Origin: Diploschistes diacapsis
Taxonomy: Eukaryota
Length of the DNA: 33,727 nucleotides
Assembly (NCBI GenBank): GCA_023645945.1
Contig: JALAIB010000090.1
Span: forward strand, 1 to 33,727
Direction of reading: 5' to 3'
Made by a program: the position numbers and the translations under genes. Position 1 is the first letter of the stretch, and every line of letters starts with the position of its first letter. Positions 9,989-21,882 of the stretch are shown here, piece by piece. The notes below the pieces were generated by a model. The model ran no database searches, had not been told where the DNA came from, and saw only the letters and a program-made list of their open reading frames with translations.

Positions 9989-11608
9989 TCAAGCAAGGTT
10001 GACGGGAGAGTAGTTCTCCGTCGAAATCGTGCCGGTCATGTCATGCAGGTCTGTCAAATATGAAAAGGTATGGTAGTTTGTAAGATCGTGTAAGTCTTGG
10101 CCCAAGGCGAGTCCGTCGTGCCCGCTCTTGATGAAGCCCATGTCCGTTAATGGAATCAGCTCGTCATCGACAACTTGGACCTCTTCGACAGCGCTCACTT
10201 TCGAGTTCCATGACCCCGTCCCAGACTCTAGCTTTGGTTGTATTTTCATAGCTGCAGCAGCCCAGTCCAGGGATTGTGGCCAAGGATCCTCGAGCGATGC
10301 TCTAATAGCCTGGAATACCTTCCCAGCCCATCCTTCAAAGCACCATTGCTCGGTTGCATGGAAAAGAAGGACGCAGTAATGCGCAAGTATAATGAGCGCC
10401 ATCGGCTCCTTCCGCTTTACCAACTCGATGTACCGCTCGTTTACCATGTCTCCCCAACGTAGTGCTTGCGCGAAATCCCGAGACTGGGCAAAGATAAGGC
10501 TGAAATCCCAGGAGAGCAGCTTGACGGCGTGCCTGTAAACCTTCTTGTCCTGTTCGGTTGCCGACAAGGTACGAACGAGTTCTTCAAGTTTCATCAACGC
10601 CATTGTGGCATCTCCGGGGATCGCGTCGTCAACTTCATTCTCGTCACGTTTCAACAGGATGAGCGAGTCCCGATTCGTGAGCAGAAGGTGCAAGGAGCTT
10701 TGCCATAGCGGGATAACACTTCGTATGAGATTGAACTTGATGAGCAGTTCATGGATCGGGTCTTCGCCCTGCGATTGATGGAAAAGACCGAGCTCGGAGA
10801 GAATCGTGATACCAGCTGAGGTACAGACTGCTGTCGAATTCTCTAGTGAAATATTTTGTACCGCAACGCGGAAACCATTAGCAGCCTCGCATTGATGATG
10901 AGCAGCAAGCCGTCTGTAAAGTAATTTATCATTCGGGCGAACGTGGGCGTTGTGCACGGCCGACAAAGCGAGAATATTGTGCATCAAGTATTCATGGTCT
11001 TTAGCTATCTCGGGTAGCCTAAACCGCCATACTTGTTGCTTATTTGGATCTGAGGCGATTGAGAAAGCTGTTGTGTTGAGATAGTGATGAAGCAGTTCGG
11101 AATCTTGTGCACCGAGTCCGGGAGCTAGGATACCAGAAGGTGTCAGGATATTTGCGACTGGACTCCACGACCTGTCCAGTCTCTTGCTCAAGGCTTGAAT
11201 CTGGTTGCTTGAACTTTCTCTGCGCTTTTGAACGCGATTGCTCGATAGTGACTCTTTTCGCTGTTTGTTTTGGGTTGCGGTGTCTTTTGCAGTTGTGAGT
11301 TCGGACAGGACAAATGGTATGCCCTCATCTTGATATTGGCATCGAATGCCCCGTTTGCGACCTAGTGTAAATCTTGAGCCTCTTGAACTTTTCAGGGGCT
11401 TTGATTAGACTTACAGCTTCCACAGCAAGGTGGCTGTTGGTCGCACTATGGGTAAAATTCCATCAGCTCTTGATCTGCAAACTCGATAACACGAGACTGC
11501 ATGCTAGCGCAATAAATGGTAGTGAATCTGGCTAACCTTTTTTCTCCATCTCTTGCACTGAAGACATCCGTTCCTCGATTTTACGTGTGATCTTCTGGAG
11601 CCTGTCAT
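9989..11608 (-). CDS. Zn(II)2Cys6 transcription factor, Upc2/Ecm22-like architecture with a fungal-specific TF domain; 3 exons
   Basis: Exon 1 MTGSRRSHVKSRNGCLQCKRWRKK, exon 2 CDQQPPCCGSC, exon 3 RKRGIRCQY.. give all six cysteines. Introns at 11446-11536 and 11362-11414. Downstream ELLHHYLNTT..YLMHNILALSAVH..ALIILAHYCVLL..W..EGW is typical of Upc2-like factors. Confidence 0.92.
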
Positions 11609-12204
11609 GCTTGAATCTCATATTGAAGTCATAGAGCATAGGAATTGAGGTTCATTCCACACAAGTGAAATCGGGTAATAAGACAATTGACCAGGGTCAC
11701 AGTGCTCAGCCCTCCAACCGTGCCCCGGCTGTTACCGGTTCCAGCATGTGTCTTCTTTGTACATAGATTCCTAGGACGGAACCCATGTTCTACCAGACAA
11801 AATTGAACGATTGGCTGGAAAGCGTGGCACTGTTCAGTCAAGTAACAACGGCTGAACAACGATGTGATCAAAGGCGCAGAGGCTTGAAGTATGGGGGAAG
11901 GATCAAGGGCTCGTTTCACATGCCAAAAGGCAACAACAACTACTGCAAACAACGTACGCTGTGTTTCGCGTGCCTCTTTACTGTGGTAGGCAGTTCAAAC
12001 CAGCATTTCAGCACGAGCGGTATCTGGTCCCACGTGGCGGATAGAGTGCCGTGCTTGCGCTACTTCAGTCTCAACCGGTACGCAAAGGCGGGATGAACGA
12101 AGAAGCAGCGCCGCAGTAGGATTTAGAACGATCGGTGTGCGGCAGAAGGATGAGTACGCAAATCGCGCAAATTCTGCACATCTTCAAGCATTAAAAAACT
12201 GTGG

Positions 12205-13251
12205 TTAATCTGGAAATTCTGTGTCGCCTGGCTCTTCCACCTCGTCTTCCTCTCGATCACTGCCCTCCTCCGGAAGGAAAGGCACGTATCTAAAGTCCAC
12301 GAAGCTCTTCACCCCGGTGTTTAGTTCGATTAAGAATTGAAGGCTAAGAACACCTTGCCGATCCACCCTTATACTGACCTTTGAAGCCATGGCCATGGCT
12401 CTGGACGCAGCCTTGAGCATCGAGTATTTGTATGTGTTGACTAATTTGCCGGAAACGTCAAAGGTCTCCAACAACTGCGGATCTGTGCTGAACTCGACCG
12501 TAGCCGAGCCATGAGGTCCAGTAGAAGAAAGGGCAAAATAGCGTGAAGCCTGCGACGCGATCATCGTGACCCTGGTAGGAGAAGTTGCCGACAATTCTGT
12601 TACGGCGTCATGTAGCAAGTTCGAGCGCATGATGATTTTCTGGACAAGAGCTTGCTTGTCGAAAGGAATATCGGCCAAAGGTTCAGGCTCATAAATAGTC
12701 AGCTCGCAAGTCGTAGTGATGCCGGCTTCCTCGAGAATGACGCACAGTGGAGAACCCGTTCGCTCATAGATTAATTTGCAAATACCAGCTGTTCCCAGTA
12801 CTCTGTTGTCGAATGCAGCTGCTGGACCACCCCTCGCGAGAGCACCAGTGACCCCACCGAAGCCCAGTTCCTGAGACCAAGGATATTTGCTCTCGTTGAT
12901 CCCGAATATCTGCAGAGTCTCAAGGAGTGATTCCAAGGAGATTTGGAGAATGGGCGGCTCTTGCCCGTCCTGGTCACTGGAAATAGCCTCTGGTCGGTAG
13001 TTGTAGTTCGAAAAGAGCTCTTTTTGGAGGAATGCAAAGCCTATCGAAATCAGGGAGTGCTTCAAATCTATGGCTGGCCTCTTACCCTGCATCACCCTGG
13101 ATTCCTGCACAGAGAACCTGATACCTGCCTCGGTGATTTGGACATGAGCTTTCGAAACAAAACCTATACATCGCAGAACCTGCAAAAGCTGGCGTGCAGA
13201 GCTCGATATCGAGGTGAAAATCATCGGAACTTGAGTCTGAGTATCCGCCAT
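12205..13251 (-). CDS. rad1: 9-1-1 checkpoint clamp subunit Rad1 (Rad1/Rec1/Rad17 family); one 45-nt intron at 13041-13085
   Basis: IFTSISSSARQLLQVLRCIGFVSKAHVQITEAGIRFSVQESRVMQG|FAFLQKELFSNY..LLETLQIFG..LEEAGITTTCELTIYEP..KIIMRS..ASKVSIRVDRQGVLSLQF..FVDFRYVP followed by an acidic tail. Confidence 0.93.
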   Translation of the reverse strand: MADTQTQVPMIFTSISSSARQLLQVLRCIGFVSKAHVQITEAGIRFSVQESRVMQGKRPAIDLKHSLISIGFAFLQKELFSNYNYRPEAISSDQDGQEPPILQISLESLLETLQIFGINESKYPWSQELGFGGVTGALARGGPAAAFDNRVLGTAGICKLIYERTGSPLCVILEEAGITTTCELTIYEPEPLADIPFDKQALVQKIIMRSNLLHDAVTELSATSPTRVTMIASQASRYFALSSTGPHGSATVEFSTDPQLLETFDVSGKLVNTYKYSMLKAASRAMAMASKVSIRVDRQGVLSLQFLIELNTGVKSFVDFRYVPFLPEEGSDREEDEVEEPGDTEFPD

Positions 13252-13999
13252 TGTTTAAAGCCGGAGAGCGGGTCGCGAACGAGAGGAAAGAAAAGGGAAT
13301 AGGGAGTAGAGAAATCCCCGACTGGACAGACGGAATATCAAATTGGTATCGCAACAGTTACTGTACACGCGCAAGTGGCAAGTAAAAGCAGCCTAGACGT
13401 AGACTCCGACAGCACATATCATGTAGACTGCCCCAAACCTGAAGACAATCAGTATGCATTTGATGAACCACAGATGCCGGACCTACCCAAACGCTAAAGA
13501 GGCAGGTAAGCCGATCAGAGGAAGGTTCTTCAGTGATCGATTGAGACCAAAATAACCCGTGAGAACAACAGCTACGGTTTGTACATTAGTATTGGGCATT
13601 GTAAGTGGTTGTTCAGCTTCATTGTATTCATACCTGATAGTAGAAGGCTAAAGCCGACGAAGAATTGCCTTTCTTTGGAGACTGCTGGATGGAAAGGCGA
13701 GCCTGCAGCAGCTTCCCAAACGTCGTTCAGTGACATTGCAAAATTCCACAGCTAAAGAACGCAGTATCTGATGGTTAGTTCTGTGCATAAAAGGTCACTG
13801 TGCTTCCTGAAGTTTTGCAACCTAAGCTCCGATTGAGTGCTCTGTACAAGAGATCTGGCTCCAGGCTTCTGATTGGCCTGTAAAGCAAAGCCTCTAATTC
13901 GGCTTTAACACAATCACGGAGATAAATTCTGGAAGCATCTGCATACCAGCCGCCACCACCACCGCTACTGACAAGGATTATCAGGTCCATAGGACCAAA

Positions 14000-15419
<1,420 letters not shown>

Positions 15420-16278
15420 GCTGGGGGGACGATTGCAATTTAATGTCATTCAGCGATGCATAAGCGTGGAAGCTCGATGCTTTGGAGCTCGGAGTGGTGC
15501 AGTATGATGGGCTTGTTTTGTGATACCCAAATTTTGTGATGCTGGTATGGTAGGGGTTTTGTGGAGTTGGGGAAGGTAAGTGCTTTTTACAAAAAGCTTA
15601 GCCTGTAGCGCAACTTTGACCTGCATATCGTGTAATAGCAGTTGTTCATTTTTAAGCCCGGGAATAACATGTCTAGTAATAAGATTACTGTACTCTTCTA
15701 CCTCACGAGTCGCAGACGTGTATCATGTCAAAAGAGGCAGACATGCATTCGCTAGCACTAAAATTCCCGAGTAGTTTATCGAATGCAGCTTCCAATAAGA
15801 GCAAAGCTCCTAAAAGCTGACCACGGCTAAGGTATTGCTTTTCCCCATCGTGAATCCTATCATCCCCAGCTCAACTGCAATGTTGCAAAGCAAAACTCCA
15901 CTGAGCTACTCTCCATACCATCGTCAACCAAGACTGAAATAGTAACAAGAGAAATAGAGGGCCTCCGAAACCAATGGGAATCAACACGAATCGTCATTCT
16001 CAGGTCCCTTGCAGACAGCATGCACCCATCCCCTCGCTGAAACCGGTACAAGAACGGTGATTATCTTAACAAGCCAAGTAATCCCTAAACAATTGCCGGC
16101 ATGAGTTCGTAGAGGCCGTCGTTGGGTGCGAAGTCGAAGAACAGTTGGGGAGACGATATTCGCTCATACAACTCGTAACCTGGCAGACGATTGGTTTCAG
16201 GAAAGGATTCGTATCCAGACCTTAAAGTTAACGGAGGTCACATACTGCTAGGAGCGAGCTCTCAAACAAGTCGCATTA

Positions 16279-16853
16279 TTACTGCGTCTTGAAGAGGAGA
16301 ATAGCGCAGTGGCCTAGGTAGAAGTAGATGAAGTGCTTGGTCTCGTGCGTAACGAAACTGCCAAAGTTCCGACCAACGATGCAGTGCCACGTTGCTCCTT
16401 TCCTCGAGTCAAACTAAGGAAGCGGGTCAGACAACGGAGTGGAAGACAACAGCAGGTCCTGGACCAAAGGTTGTCGGAGCATAACATACTTCTTTCTTGA
16501 TGCATTGCGCAATGTCCTGTGAACAAGTCAGCTTCTGTTGTTTGACATAGTAATGGAGCCCTTTCACCTTCTCTATGCTAAACTTTTCCATAGCATCTTG
16601 CGCTGTAACTTATCAGCGATCGTGTCTTGTCCACCTTGATAGTTCTATTGTCGTACCAACTTCGACAGCTTCTTGCTGCATATCCTCCGTCTGCATTGTG
16701 TGTGAGACTAACATATAGACTGAGTTCCATGCTGATTACTGACCATATCCGATGACTTAATCTGAGCTGCGGAGGTATTAGCCTGAGAATGCGTCTACGA
16801 ATATATAACCTACCTTCAAGCTTCTTCTGCTGCTTCGGCTCGCCGCTCGCCAT
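16279..16853 (-). CDS. nudG: Cytoplasmic dynein light chain LC8 (Dyn2/NudG/DYNLL), 97 aa, 6 exons
   Basis: Not in the ORF track. Manual splicing over 5 GT..AG introns gives [97 protein letters not shown], containing the LC8 signature [16 protein letters not shown]. Confidence 0.96.
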
Positions 16854-17501
16854 GGTAGAAGTTTTCAAACCAAAAATGGTTTATGAAGAGTGAATAGAAG
16901 GCTCTGTTGGAATGATCGAGGTTTCGCAGCAGTAACGTAGAGCTTTTAGTTTTGTAGATAGACCTTTTTTTCAAGTTCGTGATGACGATAAGTTCTTCGA
17001 TATGAACATCGCGCTGGCCAAAGTAGACCCGTTCTCGGCTATATCGGTGTTAGCTAGTGCTTACCCCTGCCGATCAGTTGGCACTTCAAGTCGGTTTCTC
17101 TCAGGTCCAACTTCCAAATCCTCTTCCCACTGTCGTGGCTATTTATGAGTTGATGAGCTAATAGAAAGATCGTTGCTAAAACTGAAAACTTCAAGTCAGC
17201 ATAGGTTAGTACCTATACTCTCAATGGTCTCGAAGGTGAATCTCTTAGTCTTGAAATGTCTTACCTCTTCCTCTTCTTCCTCTTCTTCACGAGCCGTTCT
17301 GAGCGCAGCCAACATGCAGCACTTATGATATTGCGAATCAGCCTTCATCTTTTGATCCCCTTTATCACTTAACCTCCAGCAAGCTTCCTTCCCGCATCAC
17401 CTCAACCTTCATCCATTCTGAAACTCGTGGCAAGCAATTATTACCAAAGTATCTCTACCGGCCGGAGACTCTGAATTGCCGTCCAGTGAAACGCTGACTG
17501 G

Positions 17502-20108
17502 TTAGTGGCGGGTGAGAACGGCAACGAGAGCTACAATGATTACCAAGAAGGCAACACTGCAACTCGCAAAGCCAAGGAGCCCGGCGCGGCGCTTGTCGCT
17601 GTCCCGCATGCCTGGAATCTCTCCTCCCGTCCACCAATTCATAACCCAGTCCAAGCGTCCGGTAGCGTACAGAAACAGTAGAAGCGGGACCAAGTGACAG
17701 ATCGCAAGACAGATCAGGGAGATTCTCCTCTGGCGCAGGAGCGCTGGCAGGGAGAGAGGCTGGGAATGCGGCGGCGCTCTCAGCGCTGGTGGATCTGTCA
17801 GTGGAATATCGGTCCACTCAACCGGAACAGTCACGGCAGGCGAACCCGCACGTGGCGATCTGATTGGCGGCGAAGAACGAACCATCGTCGCGACAGTGTT
17901 GGTGTCACCACCGAAGCTGGAGACTCGTCGGCTGTCAAGGTATTGTCGGAGGCCGCGCATGTCCCTTGGGCTTGGCCTCTCCCTAATTGTCTCCGTCCTC
18001 TGAGGTGAACTCTCTTGGCGGTGGTGGAGCTGAAGATCTGACCTAGGCTGCCACTGAGAACGCCCGACGCGGTGAAGGGTCGCCGAAAAAGTAGAAACTC
18101 TGTCGTCTGAAACTTGCACTCCACGTTGTGCGGGCATCCTAGGTAGCGGCCCAGGCGTTGGATGCCGATCTTCATTGGATCCGTAGCTCCACCACGAGTC
18201 CACCTCGTCGTCATCTTGGCTTGATCTCGGCAACAAGTACCTAGATCCATGCCTCCATTGTCCAAGGCCTCTGCTCAAGACCAGGCGTTCACGGGAGGAC
18301 TCAAAGTTCCGCCCCCCTTCGCCGACAAAACCTCTCCGTGGTGTACTTGACGCCTCCGAAATGGCATCCAAGCGGCTTGGCCTCTCGAGTGGGCTCCTGA
18401 GTGCGTAGTTAGACACCCAGGGACCTGCTGTCGATGGCGACGAGAAAGCCTCACCGCTCGGCGTCTCTGGTGACGCAAGTTCCCCCCCAAGGCTCCGTTC
18501 TGCTGTAGCACCAAGGCGTACAGCACGCGGTCGTGTTGGGGTGGAGAGGTCCGTTTGGCCATCATCCAACTCGGGGCTCCGCTCGACTGCAGTACTTGAT
18601 GGCTCAGTCCACGGTTGTTCCGGCTGTCCGGCGATCGACGCACTACCAGACTCTCTCAAGCCAGGGCTCCGCTCGACATCGGCGCGGGGATACCGAGTCG
18701 TCGGTCGTGCTGGCTGTTGAGTCAAAGTCGGAGGCGTCGAGGCAAAGGGATGCCTATGGTCTATGGGCATTGGCGACGGATGCTGATAGGCCAGGCGTGC
18801 GTACGGCGAGGATGCTGCGTCATCGTACGTGCCCGAAGCGAGGAAAGGATTGTTCCTTGGCCATGTGGTGCTTGTCGTCGGCGCAAGGTTTCCATCGTGG
18901 GCTTGCTCACGGCCCCTGTGCATCCGTCCTGGGAGCTGAGTCTCAGCGTAGCGCTGGTAATGGGAGGAGTATTCCCCCCCAGACAATGGCTCGCTACTCC
19001 ATTGGCCATTGGACCCAGCTGAGCCTCGGAGCTGGTCTTGTGCCTGAAAGACAGGAAAAGGTTCTGGGAAAGATGCTGGGGGGTGGTGACCGTACCGACC
19101 TTCACAATCAGTACGACCAGGCCCCACCGACTCCCCAGATCCAACCGGCCCTCCTAATCCTACAGCAAGAGCCGAACTCGCATTGTCGGCGAGGCTTCTC
19201 CCAGCTTGGTTGATTGCTGGCTGAGTGACTACCTCCGCGCCTTGTCGCGAGAGGTTTGACGTTGTCACCCAGCCTTCTGAGTTTCCAGATCTTGTTGCTG
19301 CGGCCGAGCTTGAGGACGCGAACGGCATTCTGACGGGGCTCTGTTCGTGAGCGGCACCCGTGTTTTGGGCTGAGAATGCCGAGTCCTCTCTGAGCTGCAG
19401 GCCGCGCACCGCCCCTTGTTCGACAACGTCGTCCGTAAAGGGGTCTTCGTTGGCGCGCAACGAGATCAGCCGGCGAGGCTCGAACTGCCTTTCACCGGAC
19501 TCCCTGAATGTGCTGACCAGAGGAGTACCTGCGTGCTCTTGAGGCACGTTCGAAGCCAGCTCCGCCGGAATGGTGCGGAGGATTGCCGGGTCGATATAGT
19601 GCTGCGTGTTGTAGACGTTGATGGACAATACGCGCTGGGGCTCCCTTACCACCGCCAGAGATCGTGGTAGCGCAAGGACTGGGGCGTCCTGTGCTGCTTG
19701 GCGAGAACCACGAGCGGGAGTTGTCTCTGACGGAGCAAGACTGCACCCAAAAGCACGAGAGCTAGCGTTGGAACCCGCTGCTCCTCCGGCAATCCTATGC
19801 GTTGAAGGTCGAGGTGTCCAGAACCGGCGCCGTTCTGCCGCAGCTGCCGCGCTGTCTTCCCTGTTGGTGGGCAACAACCGCTCCTCCGAAACTAGCCTGG
19901 CTCCGGGTGTGTGCAAAGGGGCAGGCTCCCCGGTTACTTGCTGCGGCGAGAAGTAGTATCGCGGCAGCACACCCGGAGTCGGAGGAGCCGCGGCTGGAGT
20001 TGCTGGCACGACAGGAGTGGGTGCAGCCCCGTTCTCTGGGGCTGTTGTCGATGGACCGCACTCACTGCGGATGTTGCCCGAGAAGACCTCGTGTACTGCA
20101 CGGAACAT
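17502..20108 (-). CDS. Large uncharacterised S/P/R/A-rich disordered protein with two C-terminal transmembrane segments; true start probably further upstream
   Basis: Uninterrupted 868-codon ORF. The C-terminus RQRRISLICLAICHLVPLLLFLYATGRLDWVMNWWTGGEIPGMRDSDKRRAGLLGFASCSVAFLVIIVALVAVL has two hydrophobic helices. An acceptor-like tttaac..ctag lies just upstream at about 20124. Confidence 0.75.
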   Translation of the reverse strand: MFRAVHEVFSGNIRSECGPSTTAPENGAAPTPVVPATPAAAPPTPGVLPRYYFSPQQVTGEPAPLHTPGARLVSEERLLPTNREDSAAAAAERRRFWTPRPSTHRIAGGAAGSNASSRAFGCSLAPSETTPARGSRQAAQDAPVLALPRSLAVVREPQRVLSINVYNTQHYIDPAILRTIPAELASNVPQEHAGTPLVSTFRESGERQFEPRRLISLRANEDPFTDDVVEQGAVRGLQLREDSAFSAQNTGAAHEQSPVRMPFASSSSAAATRSGNSEGWVTTSNLSRQGAEVVTQPAINQAGRSLADNASSALAVGLGGPVGSGESVGPGRTDCEGRYGHHPPASFPEPFPVFQAQDQLRGSAGSNGQWSSEPLSGGEYSSHYQRYAETQLPGRMHRGREQAHDGNLAPTTSTTWPRNNPFLASGTYDDAASSPYARLAYQHPSPMPIDHRHPFASTPPTLTQQPARPTTRYPRADVERSPGLRESGSASIAGQPEQPWTEPSSTAVERSPELDDGQTDLSTPTRPRAVRLGATAERSLGGELASPETPSGEAFSSPSTAGPWVSNYALRSPLERPSRLDAISEASSTPRRGFVGEGGRNFESSRERLVLSRGLGQWRHGSRYLLPRSSQDDDEVDSWWSYGSNEDRHPTPGPLPRMPAQRGVQVSDDRVSTFSATLHRVGRSQWQPRSDLQLHHRQESSPQRTETIRERPSPRDMRGLRQYLDSRRVSSFGGDTNTVATMVRSSPPIRSPRAGSPAVTVPVEWTDIPLTDPPALRAPPHSQPLSLPALLRQRRISLICLAICHLVPLLLFLYATGRLDWVMNWWTGGEIPGMRDSDKRRAGLLGFASCSVAFLVIIVALVAVLTRH

Positions 20109-21882
20109 TGTCGGCGGCAGAGGCTAGACGGGAGTTAAATATTGTAGGGGTAGTATACGAGGGGTGCCTGAATGCTTGCCTGTTCCGACCTTAATTACTT
20201 TGTCGAAGCTTGCTATATTGGCAGAGCGCTAGTTCCGCTGCCAGAGTCAGTCAAGGTGCAATATCATATGATTTTGGGATATCTTACCTCTAGGGGCTCT
20301 TTCCGTTTTGGGAAAGGCGGGCCTATCACGAACACGGTAGTGAACGTGTTCTGCTAGGGTCCTAGCGTCTTAGCTACTGGCTGCAGAGGTAGTGTAGAGG
20401 AAATGATCCGTTTGCGGATAAGGGCCTCGTGCTCTTGAAACTGAATTGATCGCTATGAAACTTGTGGCTGGTAATTTTAAAAAAAGGAACGCGATGAGAA
20501 TCCTGAGAGAACGATGTTGCTGCTTGTCACGACGACGATACCGATAGTGACAGGGTCTTAGGAGGGAAATCTCAACAAAAGATCAGGTGCATTGTGTTAG
20601 AGCAGAGCTTGCGTGATTACGGTGCTGGCATGTAAACCACTGTGCACTCTTGTGGTACACTTCATGTCAAGCATCGGATACTCTTGCACCGCTTAAAGAG
20701 TCCCAAAAGACAGTGAAAGTCACGAAGTTGGAATCATGCGAGACATTAACTCACTTTATGACTATCTTGACACATTCGCACCATTCTGTTAACTTTTGTC
20801 CAACTCTGCAATATTCGGGGTCTCCATAAGGTCCATTTCCTTGTATCCAGGTTCGGCTATGTCTGGGGCCAGTGGTGTCAGCGGAGACACTGCAGTGCCT
20901 GCCGAAGAACCGGACTGCCCAGATAGATGCTCTGCTGGGCTCTCTCGGTTCTTCAGAATGATTGTCTGCACTCTCTGTGCTTCTTTTGGGATCTGTGCGA
21001 TTTGCTCTTGCCAACATCAACACCATGGCGCCGTATTTACTTCTTGCCAGTAGCTTGGAAGGCAAGCACTGCTTGTTAATAAACGGAAAACCCTGAATAC
21101 TGGCCTGGAGGTCAGTCCGGCTTGAGAGTTCCTGCATGTCGGTCTATATGGGCTCTCCTTCACCAAGGGATAGATAGAAGGAAATGGTTGAACATAAACG
21201 TTGCCGAAGTTGAAAGGAATTACTATATAGCGTTAGCGGGTTTCTTAGCTTGTACGCTAAGGGCTCGGTAAGCACATAGCATATCGCTTTACTACTGATA
21301 GATAGTCACATGACGGTCTTGGCATCAAAGTTTACCTTTCATCAAGTCTGTCTTCTATATGTCAGAGTCCGTATACTGTCTGGTTTAGGTTGTGGGCCAT
21401 GGTTTGTCTCTTTGGTAGCTTTGTTGACTGCTACGATACCGTGACATGTTTATTCCATAATCTAGATTACTCTGGCGCGTTCCTATGATGTACATATTCA
21501 GAATTGGGTTTGATAGAAGCAGCAATTAAATCGCCTCAATATCATTGTCTACTCTACGTAACAATATTTTCTTTCCGATCTTCAACATGGAGCTAGTCAA
21601 CGACATGGCTAGGTACAACTCTGACGCTGCGGGTTGCTGTTCCGCCTTGCTGCAGGTACGCGTCAACGCCAAGAACCAAGCAAGCTCTCTACCATCTAGC
21701 AACTTTTTGATTTCTTGCTCCCAATTTGTTGCGCAAGTGTCTCATCTGGAGAAGTTGGTCGTTGGCATTTTGTCGGATCCGGATTGCTCACATGGCATTG
21801 GAGATTTCATGAGAACTTCGCGCGTTTCACAGTTCGTTGTTGCCTCTCGAACGCCATAGTCAACGTGCGGGCATCTGCCAGA

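Noticed and set aside
13234..13251. Rad1 N-terminal MADTQTQ resembling an LC8-binding TQT motif, with the LC8 gene nearby
   Set aside because: Too close to the N-terminus for a full motif, lacks the usual basic residue, and gene proximity is no evidence of interaction.
18533..20194. Multiple + strand ORFs of 100-226 aa opposite the 868-aa gene
   Set aside because: GC-rich antisense shadows without recognisable motifs.
20751..21137. 128-aa and 60-aa minus-strand ORFs
   Set aside because: No family signal. They could be upstream exons of the 868-aa gene, but I could not build a supported splice path.
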